DNA of 64,000 bases. It comes from a virus. The stretch is taken from positions 112,265 to 176,264 of the IMG/VR virus record IMGVR_UViG_3300046168_000026; one strand, written 5' to 3'. Position numbers and translations under genes: made by a program. Below are positions 20,274 through 30,235 of this stretch, one piece after another; positions within the stretch are counted from its first letter, which is position 1, and every line of letters starts with the position of its first letter. Under the pieces are notes generated by a model. It was given only the letters and a program-made list of their open reading frames with translations. It was not told the DNA's origin and did no database searches.

Positions 20274-20876
20274 TTATCTGTAAGGTTCACCACCAACCCA
20301 TAAAACAAATGATTTTCGTATACCACTTGTTACGGGAGTTACTCTATGTAAATAAAATGAAGGAAATATAATCGCTGCTCCTTTTTTAGAAGGTGCAGTC
20401 AATTCTTTTCCAATATTAAATTGTAAGTCACCACCTTCGTATTCATTTGAATCTGAAAGTTGTACTGTTACTGATATTTTTCTTTGATTTTGTATCTCTA
20501 TACCACAATCCATATGCCAATCATACCCACCTTCTTGACTTCCGTAATATTCAGTATATTGAATTGATTCATTCATAGTAGATAAATCAAACTTCCACAT
20601 TTTTTGATTTGATTCTACAATCATATTGTGAAGTTTTTCATAAACCCATCCCCATTCTTGATTTTGAGGACACCATTTTACTCTTGATTTTCTATAATCT
20701 GATTTTTTTGATGATTCACCTTCACCTGTTGCTGCATCTTCAAATGGAAGGAGTTTGGTCATTTGTTCTATTTGACTTAATTCAGTTGAATCAAACCCAT
20801 CTGCGAACCAATAATAATCTGTGAAATTTACATCCCATCTATGAGGGTTTCTATCGAATCCAAAATTTGCTCTCAT
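20274..20876 (-). CDS. 2OG-Fe(II) oxygenase (prolyl-hydroxylase/PKHD-like)
   Basis: HxD...H triad (WHMD...LHRV), plus RKISVTVQLSD, YEGGDL and RKSFVLW. Confidence 0.9.
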   Translation of the reverse strand: MRANFGFDRNPHRWDVNFTDYYWFADGFDSTELSQIEQMTKLLPFEDAATGEGESSKKSDYRKSRVKWCPQNQEWGWVYEKLHNMIVESNQKMWKFDLSTMNESIQYTEYYGSQEGGYDWHMDCGIEIQNQRKISVTVQLSDSNEYEGGDLQFNIGKELTAPSKKGAAIIFPSFYLHRVTPVTSGIRKSFVLWVGGEPYR

Positions 20877-20895
20877 AACTTTTTTAATGTTTGTA

Positions 20896-20903
20896 TATAA
20901 ATA
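20896..20903 (-). promoter_or_regulatory. Putative late promoter TATTTATA (oxygenase/GT operon)
   Basis: Sits between the collagen stop (20915) and the oxygenase ATG (20876). Confidence 0.6.
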
Positions 20904-20914
20904 TGAAAAATAAT

Positions 20915-23900
20915 TTAGTAAAAGCTACCACTATGTACAGACCTTATGATATAGACATCATCACCTGAAGACCATCCATTTGGTTTAAATGTTAGTATAC
21001 CACCTTGAACTTCAAAATATCCTAAACCACTCATCGAAGCCCCTTGAGCACCAATTACACCTTTTACACCTTGAACACCCGTATTACCTTTAACGCCAGT
21101 ACGACCACCTGAGCCAGTTGCACCTTTATTACCTGCATTACCTTGAGCACCTTGAACACCACCACCACCTGTTGTACCTTTAGAACCTTTATCGCCTGAA
21201 TTACCTGTTTTACCTTTTAGACCTTGTAAACCTACTGCGCCTGTATTACCTTTATCACCTGCGAGGCCTGTATTCCCTTTAATACCCGTTCTACCGCCAG
21301 AGCCAGTTGCACCTTTATTACCTGCATCACCTTGAGCTCCAACTGCACCTTGGTTTCCTGTATTACCTTTAGAACCCTTATCGCCTGCATCACCTTGAGC
21401 TCCAACTGCACCTTGTAAGCCCGTTGCACCCGTATTACCTTTATCACCTGCTACGCCTGTATTACCTTTTACACCAGTACGACCACTTGAACCAGTTGCA
21501 CCTTTATTACCTGCATCACCTTGAGCTCCAACTGCACCTTGATTACCTTGGTTACCTTTTGCACCTTTATTACCTGCGAGGCCGGTATTACCTTTATTTC
21601 CTTTAACACCTTGGTTACCAGTATTTCCTTTATTACCTGCATCACCTTGAGGACCTGTTGCACCTTTTACACCTGTTCTACCACCTGAGCCAGTAACACC
21701 TTTATTACCTGCAGCACCTTGAGCACCAAGTAGACCTTGATTACCAGTATTTCCTTTAGAACCCTTATCGCCTGAGTTACCTGTTTTACCTTTTAGACCT
21801 TGTAAACCTACTGCGCCTGTATTACCTTTGTTTCCGGCAACACCCGTATTACCTTTTACACCTGTTCTACCACCTGAGCCAGTAGCACCTTTATTACCTG
21901 CATTACCCTTAGTACCTTTATCACCTTGGTTACCAGTATCTCCTTTAGCACCTTTATCACCTGCGAGGCCTGTATTACCTTTTAGACCTTGTAAACCTAC
22001 TGCGCCTGTATTACCTTTGTTACCTGCATCGCCAGTATTACCTTTTACACCTGTTCTACCAGTTGAGCCAGTAGCACCTTTATTACCTGCATCACCTTGA
22101 GCTCCAATTGCACCTTGTAAACCTACTGCGCCAGTATTTCCTTTAGAACCTTTATCGCCCGAATTACCTTTTGCACCTTTTAGACCTTGTAAGCCCGTTG
22201 CACCCGTATTACCTTTATTACCTGCGAGGCCTGTATTCCCTTTAATACCCGTTCTACCACCTGAGCCAGTAGAACCCTTATTACCTGCGAGGCCTGTATT
22301 TCCTTTAACACCTTGGTTACCAGTATTTCCTTTACTACCCTTATTACCTGCATCACCTTGAGCTCCAACTGCACCTTGTCGACCTACTGCGCCTGTATTA
22401 CCTTTGTTACCTGCTACGCCTGTATTACCTTTACACCAGTACGACCACCTGAGCCCGTACCACCTTTATTACCCGTATTTCCTTTTGCACCTGTTAGTCC
22501 TGTATCACCAGTATTTCCCTTAGCACCTTTATTACCTGCGAGGCCTGTATTTCCTTTATTTCCTTTAGCACCTTGATTACCTTGATTACCTTTAGCACCT
22601 GCGAGGCCTGTATTTCCTTTTGCACCTGTTGCACCTGCCGAACCTGCAGCACCTTTATTACCTGCGAGGCCTGTATTTCCTTTTACACCTTGGTTTCCTG
22701 TATTACCTTTAGAACCTTTATCGCCTGAATTACCTGTTTTACCTTTTAGACCTTGTAAGCCCGTTGCACCCGTATTACCTTTATTACCTGCGAGGCCTGT
22801 ATTCCCTTTTACACCTGTTCTACCACCTGAGCCAGTAACACCTTTATTACCTGCAGCACCTTGGTTACCCTTAACACCTTGATTACCAGTATTTCCTTTA
22901 GCACCTTTATTACCTGCGAGGCCGGTATTACCTTTATTTCCCTTTGCACCTTGGTTTCCTGTATTACCTTTAGCACCTGCAACACCCGTATTACCCTTAA
23001 CGCCTGTTCTACCAGTTGAGCCAGTAGAACCTTTATTACCTGTATTACCTTTGTTACCCTTAGCACCTTGGTCACCTGCCGAGCCAGTATTACCTTTTGC
23101 ACCTTTATTGCCCGAATTACCTTTTGCACCTTTTAGACCTTGTCGACCTGTGTTTCCTGTTGACCCTTTGTTTCCTGCAGAACCCGTATTACCCTTAACG
23201 CCTGTTCTACCACCTGAGCCAGTAGAACCTTTATTACCTTGAGCACCTTGGTTACCCTTAGCACCTTGTAGACCTGTATTTCCTTTAGCACCAGTTTCAC
23301 CTGCGAGGCCTGTATTTCCCTTTGAACCTTGATTACCAGTATTTCCTTTAGCACCTTTATTTCCTGCGAGGCCTGTATTTCCTTTTGAACCTTGTCGACC
23401 ACTGATTCCAGTAGCACCTTTATTTCCTGCAAGACCCGTATTACCTTTTGAACCTTGATTACCAGTATTTCCTTTTGAACCTTTTGCACCTGCGAGGCCT
23501 GTATTTCCCTTTGAACCTTGATTACCAGTATTTCCTTTAGCACCTTTATTACCTGCGAGGCCTGTATTTCCTTTTGCGCCTGTTCTACCACCTGAGCCAG
23601 TAGAACCTTTATTTCCTGCGAGGCCTGTATTTCCTTTTGAACCTTGTCGACCTGTATTACCTGTTGAACCTTTATTACCTGCGAGGCCTGTATTTCCTTT
23701 AGCACCTTGTAGACCCGTATTTCCTTTAGCACCTTGGTTACCTGCGAGGCCTGTATTACCCTTTACACCTGTTCTACCAGTTGAGCCAGTAGAACCTTTA
23801 TTTCCTGCGAGGCCTGTATTTCCTTTAGCACCTTGATTACCAGTATTTCCTTTTGAACCTTTTGCACCTGCGAGGCCTGTATTTCCTTTTACACCTTGGT

Positions 23901-25167
23901 TTCCTGTATTACCTTTTGACCCTTTTGCACCTGCGAGGCCTGTATTTCCTTTTGCGCCTGTTCTACCACCTGAGCCAGTAGAACCTTTATTACCTGCGAG
24001 GCCTGTATTTCCTTTAACTCCTTGTGCTCCTGTTGCACCTTGTGAACCAGTTGCACCTGTATTTCCTTTTACACCTTGTCGACCTGTATTACCTGTTGAA
24101 CCTTTATTACCTGCATTACCCTTTAAACCTGTTGGACCTTGAGGGCCAGTTGCGAAACCGAGTCCAGCTATACCTGTATTACCCTTTAAACCTGTTGGAC
24201 CTTGAGGGCCTGTTGCAGCTGATGCACCTGTAGCTCCCTTTGCACCCTGTCCTCCAGAAGAAGCATTTGAACCTGCATCACCTGCAGCTCCTTTTGCACC
24301 TTGAGGACCTGTGGAACTATCTGAATCGGAACAATTATTACAAGATGTATAAGCTTGATAATTACCTGAACTGTTTAAACATAGTTGAGTACCATCAGGA
24401 CTAACTGACCCTTGATTTTCATAACAAGTAGTACCTATTTTTATTACAGTAGAATTAAATTCATCTTGAAATGCAAATTCAAAATAAGCATCATCACTAC
24501 ATCTTGAAAATTCATAGGCGTACTCACATTCCTCTTCCCCGAATCCTTTATCGTTGTGTACTATGAATCTATTAACTAAGAACAAGTCAGATTCTTCAAT
24601 ATCTAATTTTGATACTGGAAACTGACCTAATAAACTTGGATTCTCGGTATTTACTTCTTGAAAACCACCTGTAACTGGCACATATTCAAATGTAGAGTTA
24701 TCTGATTTTAATTTTACTAAGTAATGGTTACTATATTCGTCTGAACCCCATTCGATTCCATCTAATTGTTCAAAGTAAATATTCCACCCGCTTTGAATAG
24801 AAGAAGTGGTTTCGGTCTCTTCATCCCAAACAACTTGTCTATTTTTCTGTGCAACAAGGATATATTCTTGGTCTGTAACTGATAAGGAACCTGATGGTGT
24901 TTCTAATGTATATACATTTGCAAACTTTAAGGTATTAGAGTTATTTGCAATAGACCAAACAACTTCTTCATTTTCATTTAATTGAATATATGAAAAATCA
25001 TTGAAACTACCCGTCCATGTAGTTGGTATATCATTTTGAAATGTATATCCACTCCCACTAAGACTAATACCTACAATAGTTGACCCTGAATTTATATTTT
25101 TTAATTCAGAAGTAGACCCTTGTAGATTTACTAAAGTATGTTGTGTATTTAAAAATCCAACTGCCAT
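20915..25167 (-). CDS. Collagen-like fibre 2 (~1417 aa): N-terminal Hint domain, Cys-rich linker, Lys/Asn-rich Gly-X-Y helix, short C-terminal domain; apparent 1-nt deletion near 22430
   Basis: ORF 22414..25167 continues as Gly-X-Y in the next frame to a TAA at 20915 (…GASMSGLGYFEVQGGILTFKPNG…HSGSFY). Length+1 is divisible by 3. The Hint domain ends FLVNRFIVHN at 24553. Confidence 0.85.
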
Positions 25168-25184
25168 TGTAACCTTATTTTAGT

Positions 25185-28100
25185 TTATGAAGAACCACTT
25201 GTATACATTAATACAACAAATTTTGTACTTCCACTCTGAAATGTTAATAATCCATCAGTTGCCGAGTATGCAAATCCACCACTTGGACCTACTTCAGCGC
25301 CACCAATTAATGTTCCAATTCCACTTGCACCTTTCTGACCTTGTCCACCTTGAAGACCTTGAGCGCCTTGAGAACCTTTTGGTCCTTGAGCACCTTGAGC
25401 CCCCGTAGGACTTGCACCTTGAGCACCTTGAGGACCTTGAGCACCTTGAGCACCTTGGTCACCTTGAGGACTTGCACCTTGAGCACCTTGGTCACCTTGA
25501 GGACCTTGAGCACCTTGTGCACCAGTTGGACTGGCACCTTGTGCACCTTGAGAACCTTTTGGTCCTTGAGCACCTTGAGCCCCCGTAGGACTTGCACCTT
25601 GAGCACCTTGGTCACCTTGAGGACCTTGTGCACCTGTATCTCCTTTTGGACTTGCACCTTGAGCACCTTGGTCACCTTGAGGACCTTGAGCACCTTGTGC
25701 ACCAGTTGGACTGGCACCTTGAGCACCTTGAGAACCTTTTGGTCCTTGAGCACCTTGAGCCCCCGTAGGACTTGCACCTTGAGCACCTTGGTCACCTTGA
25801 GGACCTTGTGCCCCTGTATCACCTTTAGGACTTGAACCTTGAGCACCTTGAGCACCTTGGTCACCTTTAGGACCTTGAGCACCTTGAGGACTTGCCCCTT
25901 GAGCACCCGTTGCTCCTTGAGCACCTTGAGGACCTTGAGCACCTTGAGCTCCCGTAGGACTTGCACCTTGAGCACCTTGGTCACCTTTAGGACCTTGTGC
26001 ACCTGTATCTCCTTTTGGACTTGCACCTTGAGCACCTTGGTCACCTTGAGGACCTTGAGCACCTTGAGCACCTGTTGGACTGGCACCTTGAGCACCTTGA
26101 GAACCTTTTGGTCCTTGAGCACCTTGTGCACCAGTTGGACTTGCACCTTGAGCACCTTGGTCACCTTGAGGACCTTGTGCCCCTGTATCACCTTTAGGAC
26201 TCGAACCTTGAGCACCTTGAGAACCTTTTGGTCCTTGAGCACCTTGAGCACCTTGAGGACTTGAACCTTGAGCACCTTGAGAACCTTTTGGTCCTTGAGC
26301 ACCTTGTGCACCAGTTGGACTTGCACCTTGAGCACCTTGGTCACCTTGAGGACCTTGAGCACCTTGAGCACCTTGGTCACCTTTAGGACTTGAACCTTGA
26401 GCACCTTGGTCACCTTGAGGACCTTGAGCACCTTGTGCACCAGTTGGACTGGCACCTTGAGCACCTTGAGAACCTTTTGGTCCTTGAGCACCTTGAGCCC
26501 CCGTAGGACTTGCACCTTGAGCACCTTGAGAACCTTTAGGACCTTGAGCACCTGTATCACCTTTAGGACTCGAACCTTGAGCACCTTGGTCACCTTGAGG
26601 ACCTTGAGCACCTTGTGCACCAGTTGGACTGGCACCTTGAGCACCTTGAGAACCTTTTGGTCCTTGAGCACCTTGAGCACCTTGAGGACTTGCTCCTTGA
26701 GAACCTTTTGGTCCTTGAGCACCTTGAGCACCTGTATCACCTTTAGGACTTGAACCTTGAGCACCTTGAGCACCTTGGTCACCTTTAGGACCTTGTGCTC
26801 CCGTAGGACTTGCACCTTGAGCACCTTGTGAACCTTTTGGTCCTTGAGCACCTTGAGCACCTTGAGGACTTGAACCTTGAGCACCTTGAGAACCTTTAGG
26901 ACCTTGAGCACCTGTATCACCTTTAGGACTCGAACCTTGAGCACCTTGGTCACCTTGAGGACCTTGAGCACCTTGTGCGCCAGTTGGACTCGAACCTTGT
27001 GCACCTTGAGAACCTTTAGGTCCTTGAGCACCTTGTGCACCAGTTGGACTGGCACCTTGAGCACCCGTATCTCCTTTAGGACCTTGTGCACCTGTATCTC
27101 CTTTAGGACTTGAACCTTGAGCACCTTGAGCACCTTGGTCACCTTTAGGACCTTGTGCTCCCGTAGGACTTGCACCTTGAGCACCCTGTGAACCTTTTGG
27201 TCCTTGAGCACCTTGAGCACCTTGAGGACTGGCACCTTGAGCACCCGTATCTCCTTTAGGACCTTGTGCACCTTGAGCACCTTGGTCACCTTTAGGACTA
27301 GCACCTTGAGCACCTTGGTCACCTTGAGGACCTTGAGCACCTTGTGCACCAGTTGGACTGGCACCTTGAGCACCCGTACTTCCTTTAGGTCCTTGAGCAC
27401 CTTGAGCCCCCGTAGGACTTGCACCTTGAGCACCTTGAGAACCTTTTGGTCCTTGAGCACCTTGTGAACCTTTTGGACTGGCACCTTGAGCACCTTGTGA
27501 ACCTTTTGGTCCTTGTGCACCTGTATCACCTTTTGGACTTGCACCTTGAGCACCTTGAGAACCCTTTGGTCCTTGTGCACCTTGAGCACCTGTTGGACTT
27601 GCACCTTGAGCACCTTGAGAACCTTTAGGACCTTGAGCACCTGTATCACCTTTAGGACTCGAACCTTGAGCACCTTGTGAACCCTTTGGTCCTTGTGCAC
27701 CTGTATCACCTTTTGGACTGGCACCTTGAGCACCTTGAGAACCTTTTGGTCCTTGAGCACCTTGAGCACCTGTTGGACTTGCACCTTGAGCACCTTGAGA
27801 ACCCTTTGGTCCTTGTGCACCTTGAGCACCTGTTGGACTCGAACCTTGAGCACCTTGAGAACCCTTTGGTCCTTGAGCACCTTGTGAACCCTTTGGACTT
27901 GAACCTTGAGCACCTTGAGAACCTTTTGGTCCTTGAGCACCTTGAGCCCCCGTAGGACTAGCTCCTTGAGCACCTTGTGAACCCTTTGGTCCTTGTGCAC
28001 CTGTATCACCTTTTGGACTGGCACCTTGAGCACCTTGTGAACCTTTTGGTCCTTGTGCCCCTGTATCACCTTTAGGACTCGAACCTTGAGCACCTTGAGA

Positions 28101-28895
28101 ACCTTTTGGTCCTTGAGCACCTTGAGCACCTGTTGGACTTGCACCTTGAGCACCCGTAGTTCCTTTTGGTCCTTGAGCACCTTGAGCACCTTGAGGACTT
28201 GCACCTTGTGAACCTTTTGGTCCTTGAGCACCTTGAGCACCTTGAGGACTTGCACCTTGTGAACCTTTTGGTCCTTGAGCACCTTGTGCGGATGAACCTG
28301 ATGAACCTTGAGCACCTTGAGAACCTTTTGGCCCTTGAGCACCTTGAGAACTTGCACCTTGAGCACCTGTAGCTCCCTTTGCACCCGTTGAACCAGATGA
28401 ACCTGCCGAACCTTTTTGTCCTTTTTGTCCTTTAGCACCTTGAGGACCTGTATTGTGTATTAGTAACTCACCTACAAAGTAATTATGGTCTGGTTCTACT
28501 TCGATACTTATAAGTTCTATTGGTTTTTCAACTAATTTTACTGAAGTTATCTTTATTCCATTGAAAAATGGTGTAGTACCACATTTACAATCACCACAAC
28601 CACATGATTCGTTACCGACTGGTGAAACCCATTCACCATCTTTATATATTTTTATATCGACAGAAGTTTTTAGCTCAGTTCCGTCTGAAAGTTTAATTTG
28701 TAAGTAGGAGTCGAGAGTTCTTTCCCATTTGGTTACAACCTTATTGTACCTAATGACCCCATTTTCAACATCATAACCTTTTATATAGTCACCAAGTTCA
28801 ATATTAGACAAATTGATTGGAACGCCTTGTCTATTATTTACTCTTCCTTTGATGTCTACTAAGGTATCTTTATGTAATCCATGTATATGTTCCAT
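25185..28895 (-). CDS. Collagen-like fibre 1 (1236 aa): N-terminal Hint domain, ~1040-aa periodically interrupted Gly-X-Y helix, short C-terminal domain
   Basis: Hint-like GLHKDTLV...[18 protein letters not shown]|T (ends 28452), then ~20-aa/60-bp repeats [20 protein letters not shown]. Confidence 0.9.
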   Translation of the reverse strand: MEHIHGLHKDTLVDIKGRVNNRQGVPINLSNIELGDYIKGYDVENGVIRYNKVVTKWERTLDSYLQIKLSDGTELKTSVDIKIYKDGEWVSPVGNESCGCGDCKCGTTPFFNGIKITSVKLVEKPIELISIEVEPDHNYFVGELLIHNTGPQGAKGQKGQKGSAGSSGSTGAKGATGAQGASSQGAQGPKGSQGAQGSSGSSAQGAQGPKGSQGASPQGAQGAQGPKGSQGASPQGAQGAQGPKGTTGAQGASPTGAQGAQGPKGSQGAQGSSPKGDTGAQGPKGSQGAQGASPKGDTGAQGPKGSQGAQGASPTGAQGAQGPKGSQGAQGSSPKGSQGAQGPKGSQGAQGSSPTGAQGAQGPKGSQGAQGASPTGAQGAQGPKGSQGAQGASPKGDTGAQGPKGSQGAQGSSPKGDTGAQGPKGSQGAQGASPTGAQGAQGPKGSQGAQGASPKGDTGAQGPKGSQGAQGASPKGSQGAQGPKGSQGAQGASPTGAQGAQGPKGSTGAQGASPTGAQGAQGPQGDQGAQGASPKGDQGAQGAQGPKGDTGAQGASPQGAQGAQGPKGSQGAQGASPTGAQGPKGDQGAQGAQGSSPKGDTGAQGPKGDTGAQGASPTGAQGAQGPKGSQGAQGSSPTGAQGAQGPQGDQGAQGSSPKGDTGAQGPKGSQGAQGSSPQGAQGAQGPKGSQGAQGASPTGAQGPKGDQGAQGAQGSSPKGDTGAQGAQGPKGSQGASPQGAQGAQGPKGSQGAQGASPTGAQGAQGPQGDQGAQGSSPKGDTGAQGPKGSQGAQGASPTGAQGAQGPKGSQGAQGASPTGAQGAQGPQGDQGAQGSSPKGDQGAQGAQGPQGDQGAQGASPTGAQGAQGPKGSQGAQGSSPQGAQGAQGPKGSQGAQGSSPKGDTGAQGPQGDQGAQGASPTGAQGAQGPKGSQGAQGASPTGAQGAQGPQGDQGAQGASPKGDTGAQGPKGDQGAQGASPTGAQGAQGPQGAQGATGAQGASPQGAQGPKGDQGAQGAQGSSPKGDTGAQGPQGDQGAQGASPTGAQGAQGPKGSQGAQGASPTGAQGAQGPQGDQGAQGASPKGDTGAQGPQGDQGAQGASPTGAQGAQGPKGSQGAQGASPTGAQGAQGPQGDQGAQGASPQGDQGAQGAQGPQGAQGASPTGAQGAQGPKGSQGAQGLQGGQGQKGASGIGTLIGGAEVGPSGGFAYSATDGLLTFQSGSTKFVVLMYTSGSS

Positions 28896-28905
28896 AACTT
28901 ACCCC

Positions 28906-29737
28906 TTAACTAACAAAATCAAGTCTTAATATTATTGTGAAACCAAATCCCCTTGACCTGGCCGATGAACCTCTATTTACTAATAAACTTAATGGTGCAC
29001 TACCACTAAATGCATATGTTGAACCAAAAGTATAGGTTGTTGGAACACCTGCGGTTGCTGAAATTGTTCCATTTACTTCGGTTGAAATATTGCCACCCTC
29101 TTCTTTCCATTGTAATCCAACAGTACCACTTGTTGCAGATTGATGTGGACTTACAATTACTGATTCTATATATCCATCGACAGGCGCTACATATTGCCAA
29201 TAACCAGTTTGAACTTCTGCATCCATTTGGTTTATATTGCCAAATGGTACATAGCCAGTTACTTCAGATGCTTTTTAGTACCTCACCATTTGTTACAATG
29301 ATTTGTTTTTCTTTTTCTGCGTCAAGTGAACCTATAATTGTAACACCACTATTATTTACTTGTAGTCTTTTTGTACCACCTGTTTTAACTTCAAAACTAT
29401 CTGCACCACCAAATCCAAATTTAGTGTTGGTATCACCTTTATGTTCAATGTATGTTGGTATTTCTATTAGACCAGATGCGGTAATATCAACGGCAGACAA
29501 GCTTGATTTACTCGTTAATGTATTATCTACGGTAAAACTCGTAAATCTACCATCGTTAAATGTTAGTGCTGATGTACCAACCGACCCTATATTGTCGGTT
29601 TGTGGGACAATATTCGCTCCTGCGTTAAATTGTCCTTCAAGTTGAAAACCACCTTCGAATAATACATCCGATGAGGCGGTTACTTTGTTTAATACGGCAT
29701 TACTGCCAGAAGTTATTAATTTTTTCCAATTTGGCAT
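28906..29737 (-). CDS. Fibre/virion protein (~276 aa); apparent 1-nt insertion near 29273
   Basis: ORFs 29264..29737 and 28906..29226 fuse (GEVLKASEVTGYVPFGNINQMDAE) if one A is removed. N-terminus is MPNWKKLITSGS. Confidence 0.65.
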
Positions 29738-29754
29738 ATTCTAATCCTCTTTGC

Positions 29755-29806
29755 GGTTGGTAACTCAACTATTGAGCCCACTTCCCCTTTTCGGGGGCCA
29801 ACAACC
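29755..29806 (-). ncRNA. Candidate structured 5' leader RNA (three-way junction)
   Basis: GC-rich island in AT-rich DNA: a GUUGG/CCAAC stem encloses CCCC-CGAAAA-GGGG and GGCUCAA-UAG-UUGAGUU hairpins. Lies between the promoter motif (29831) and the SD of 29737. Confidence 0.5.
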
Positions 29807-29830
29807 AGGTTCTTTAATTTATTCCTTGTA

Positions 29831-29838
29831 TATAAGTA
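29831..29838 (-). promoter_or_regulatory. Putative late promoter variant TACTTATA (collagen operon)
   Basis: One-mismatch variant of the recurrent motif; the same variant occurs at 56940..56947. Confidence 0.5.
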
Positions 29839-29857
29839 TCAAGAAAAAAAGAAAGAA

Positions 29858-30028
29858 TTACCCTTTTGACTTTTTTGCTTTAGGAGTTTTGAGTAATTCA
29901 ATCTCCATTTGAATTTTTTGTTGAAGATTTACCATCATAGATGCTTCAGCACCTGTAATTTGTAGTTTACTTAGAGCGATTTGAATTATTTTTAAATCTG
30001 CCTCTGTTAATCCATCATATTCTTGCAT
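29858..30028 (-). CDS. Small helical protein, 56 aa (not in ORF track), possible fibre chaperone
   Basis: MQEYDGLTEADLKIIQIALSKLQITGAEASMMVNLQQKIQ..., with a pattern similar to the adjacent 30033 ORF. Confidence 0.6.
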   Translation of the reverse strand: MQEYDGLTEADLKIIQIALSKLQITGAEASMMVNLQQKIQMEIELLKTPKAKKSKG

Positions 30029-30032
30029 AACT

Positions 30033-30218
30033 TTATAATTTATCGTGTTCGTTTTGTAATTTTACTGCTAATTTGTAGATTCGTTCAATATCTCGTCCTT
30101 GGAAAGTTCCATTGGATATTAAAAACAAGAGAACCTCAAGCTCATTTTTACTAAGCTTGAGGTTTGTCTCTTTTTTTTGTGGTTGTGTTGTTTTACTAAT
30201 GTTTTTGTGATTCGACAT
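30033..30218 (-). CDS. Small helical protein, possible fibre chaperone
   Basis: LSKNELEVLLFLISNGTFQGRDIERIYKLAVKLQ; likely start MSNHK at 30218. Confidence 0.6.
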   Translation of the reverse strand: MSNHKNISKTTQPQKKETNLKLSKNELEVLLFLISNGTFQGRDIERIYKLAVKLQNEHDKL

Positions 30219-30235
30219 AACTTTTTTTTTAATTA

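Noticed and set aside
25307-28438. 1043-aa VLK/HKV-repeat ORF, plus the many STL/LEH/VIK ORFs over 21-28 kb
   Set aside because: Shadow frames of the GGT-GCT-CAA collagen repeats: no SD or promoter, and fully nested in the collagen genes.
20915-28440. Long repeat arrays as possible CRISPR or satellite DNA
   Set aside because: The repeats are in-frame Gly-X-Y coding units without unique spacers, and there are no cas genes in the window.
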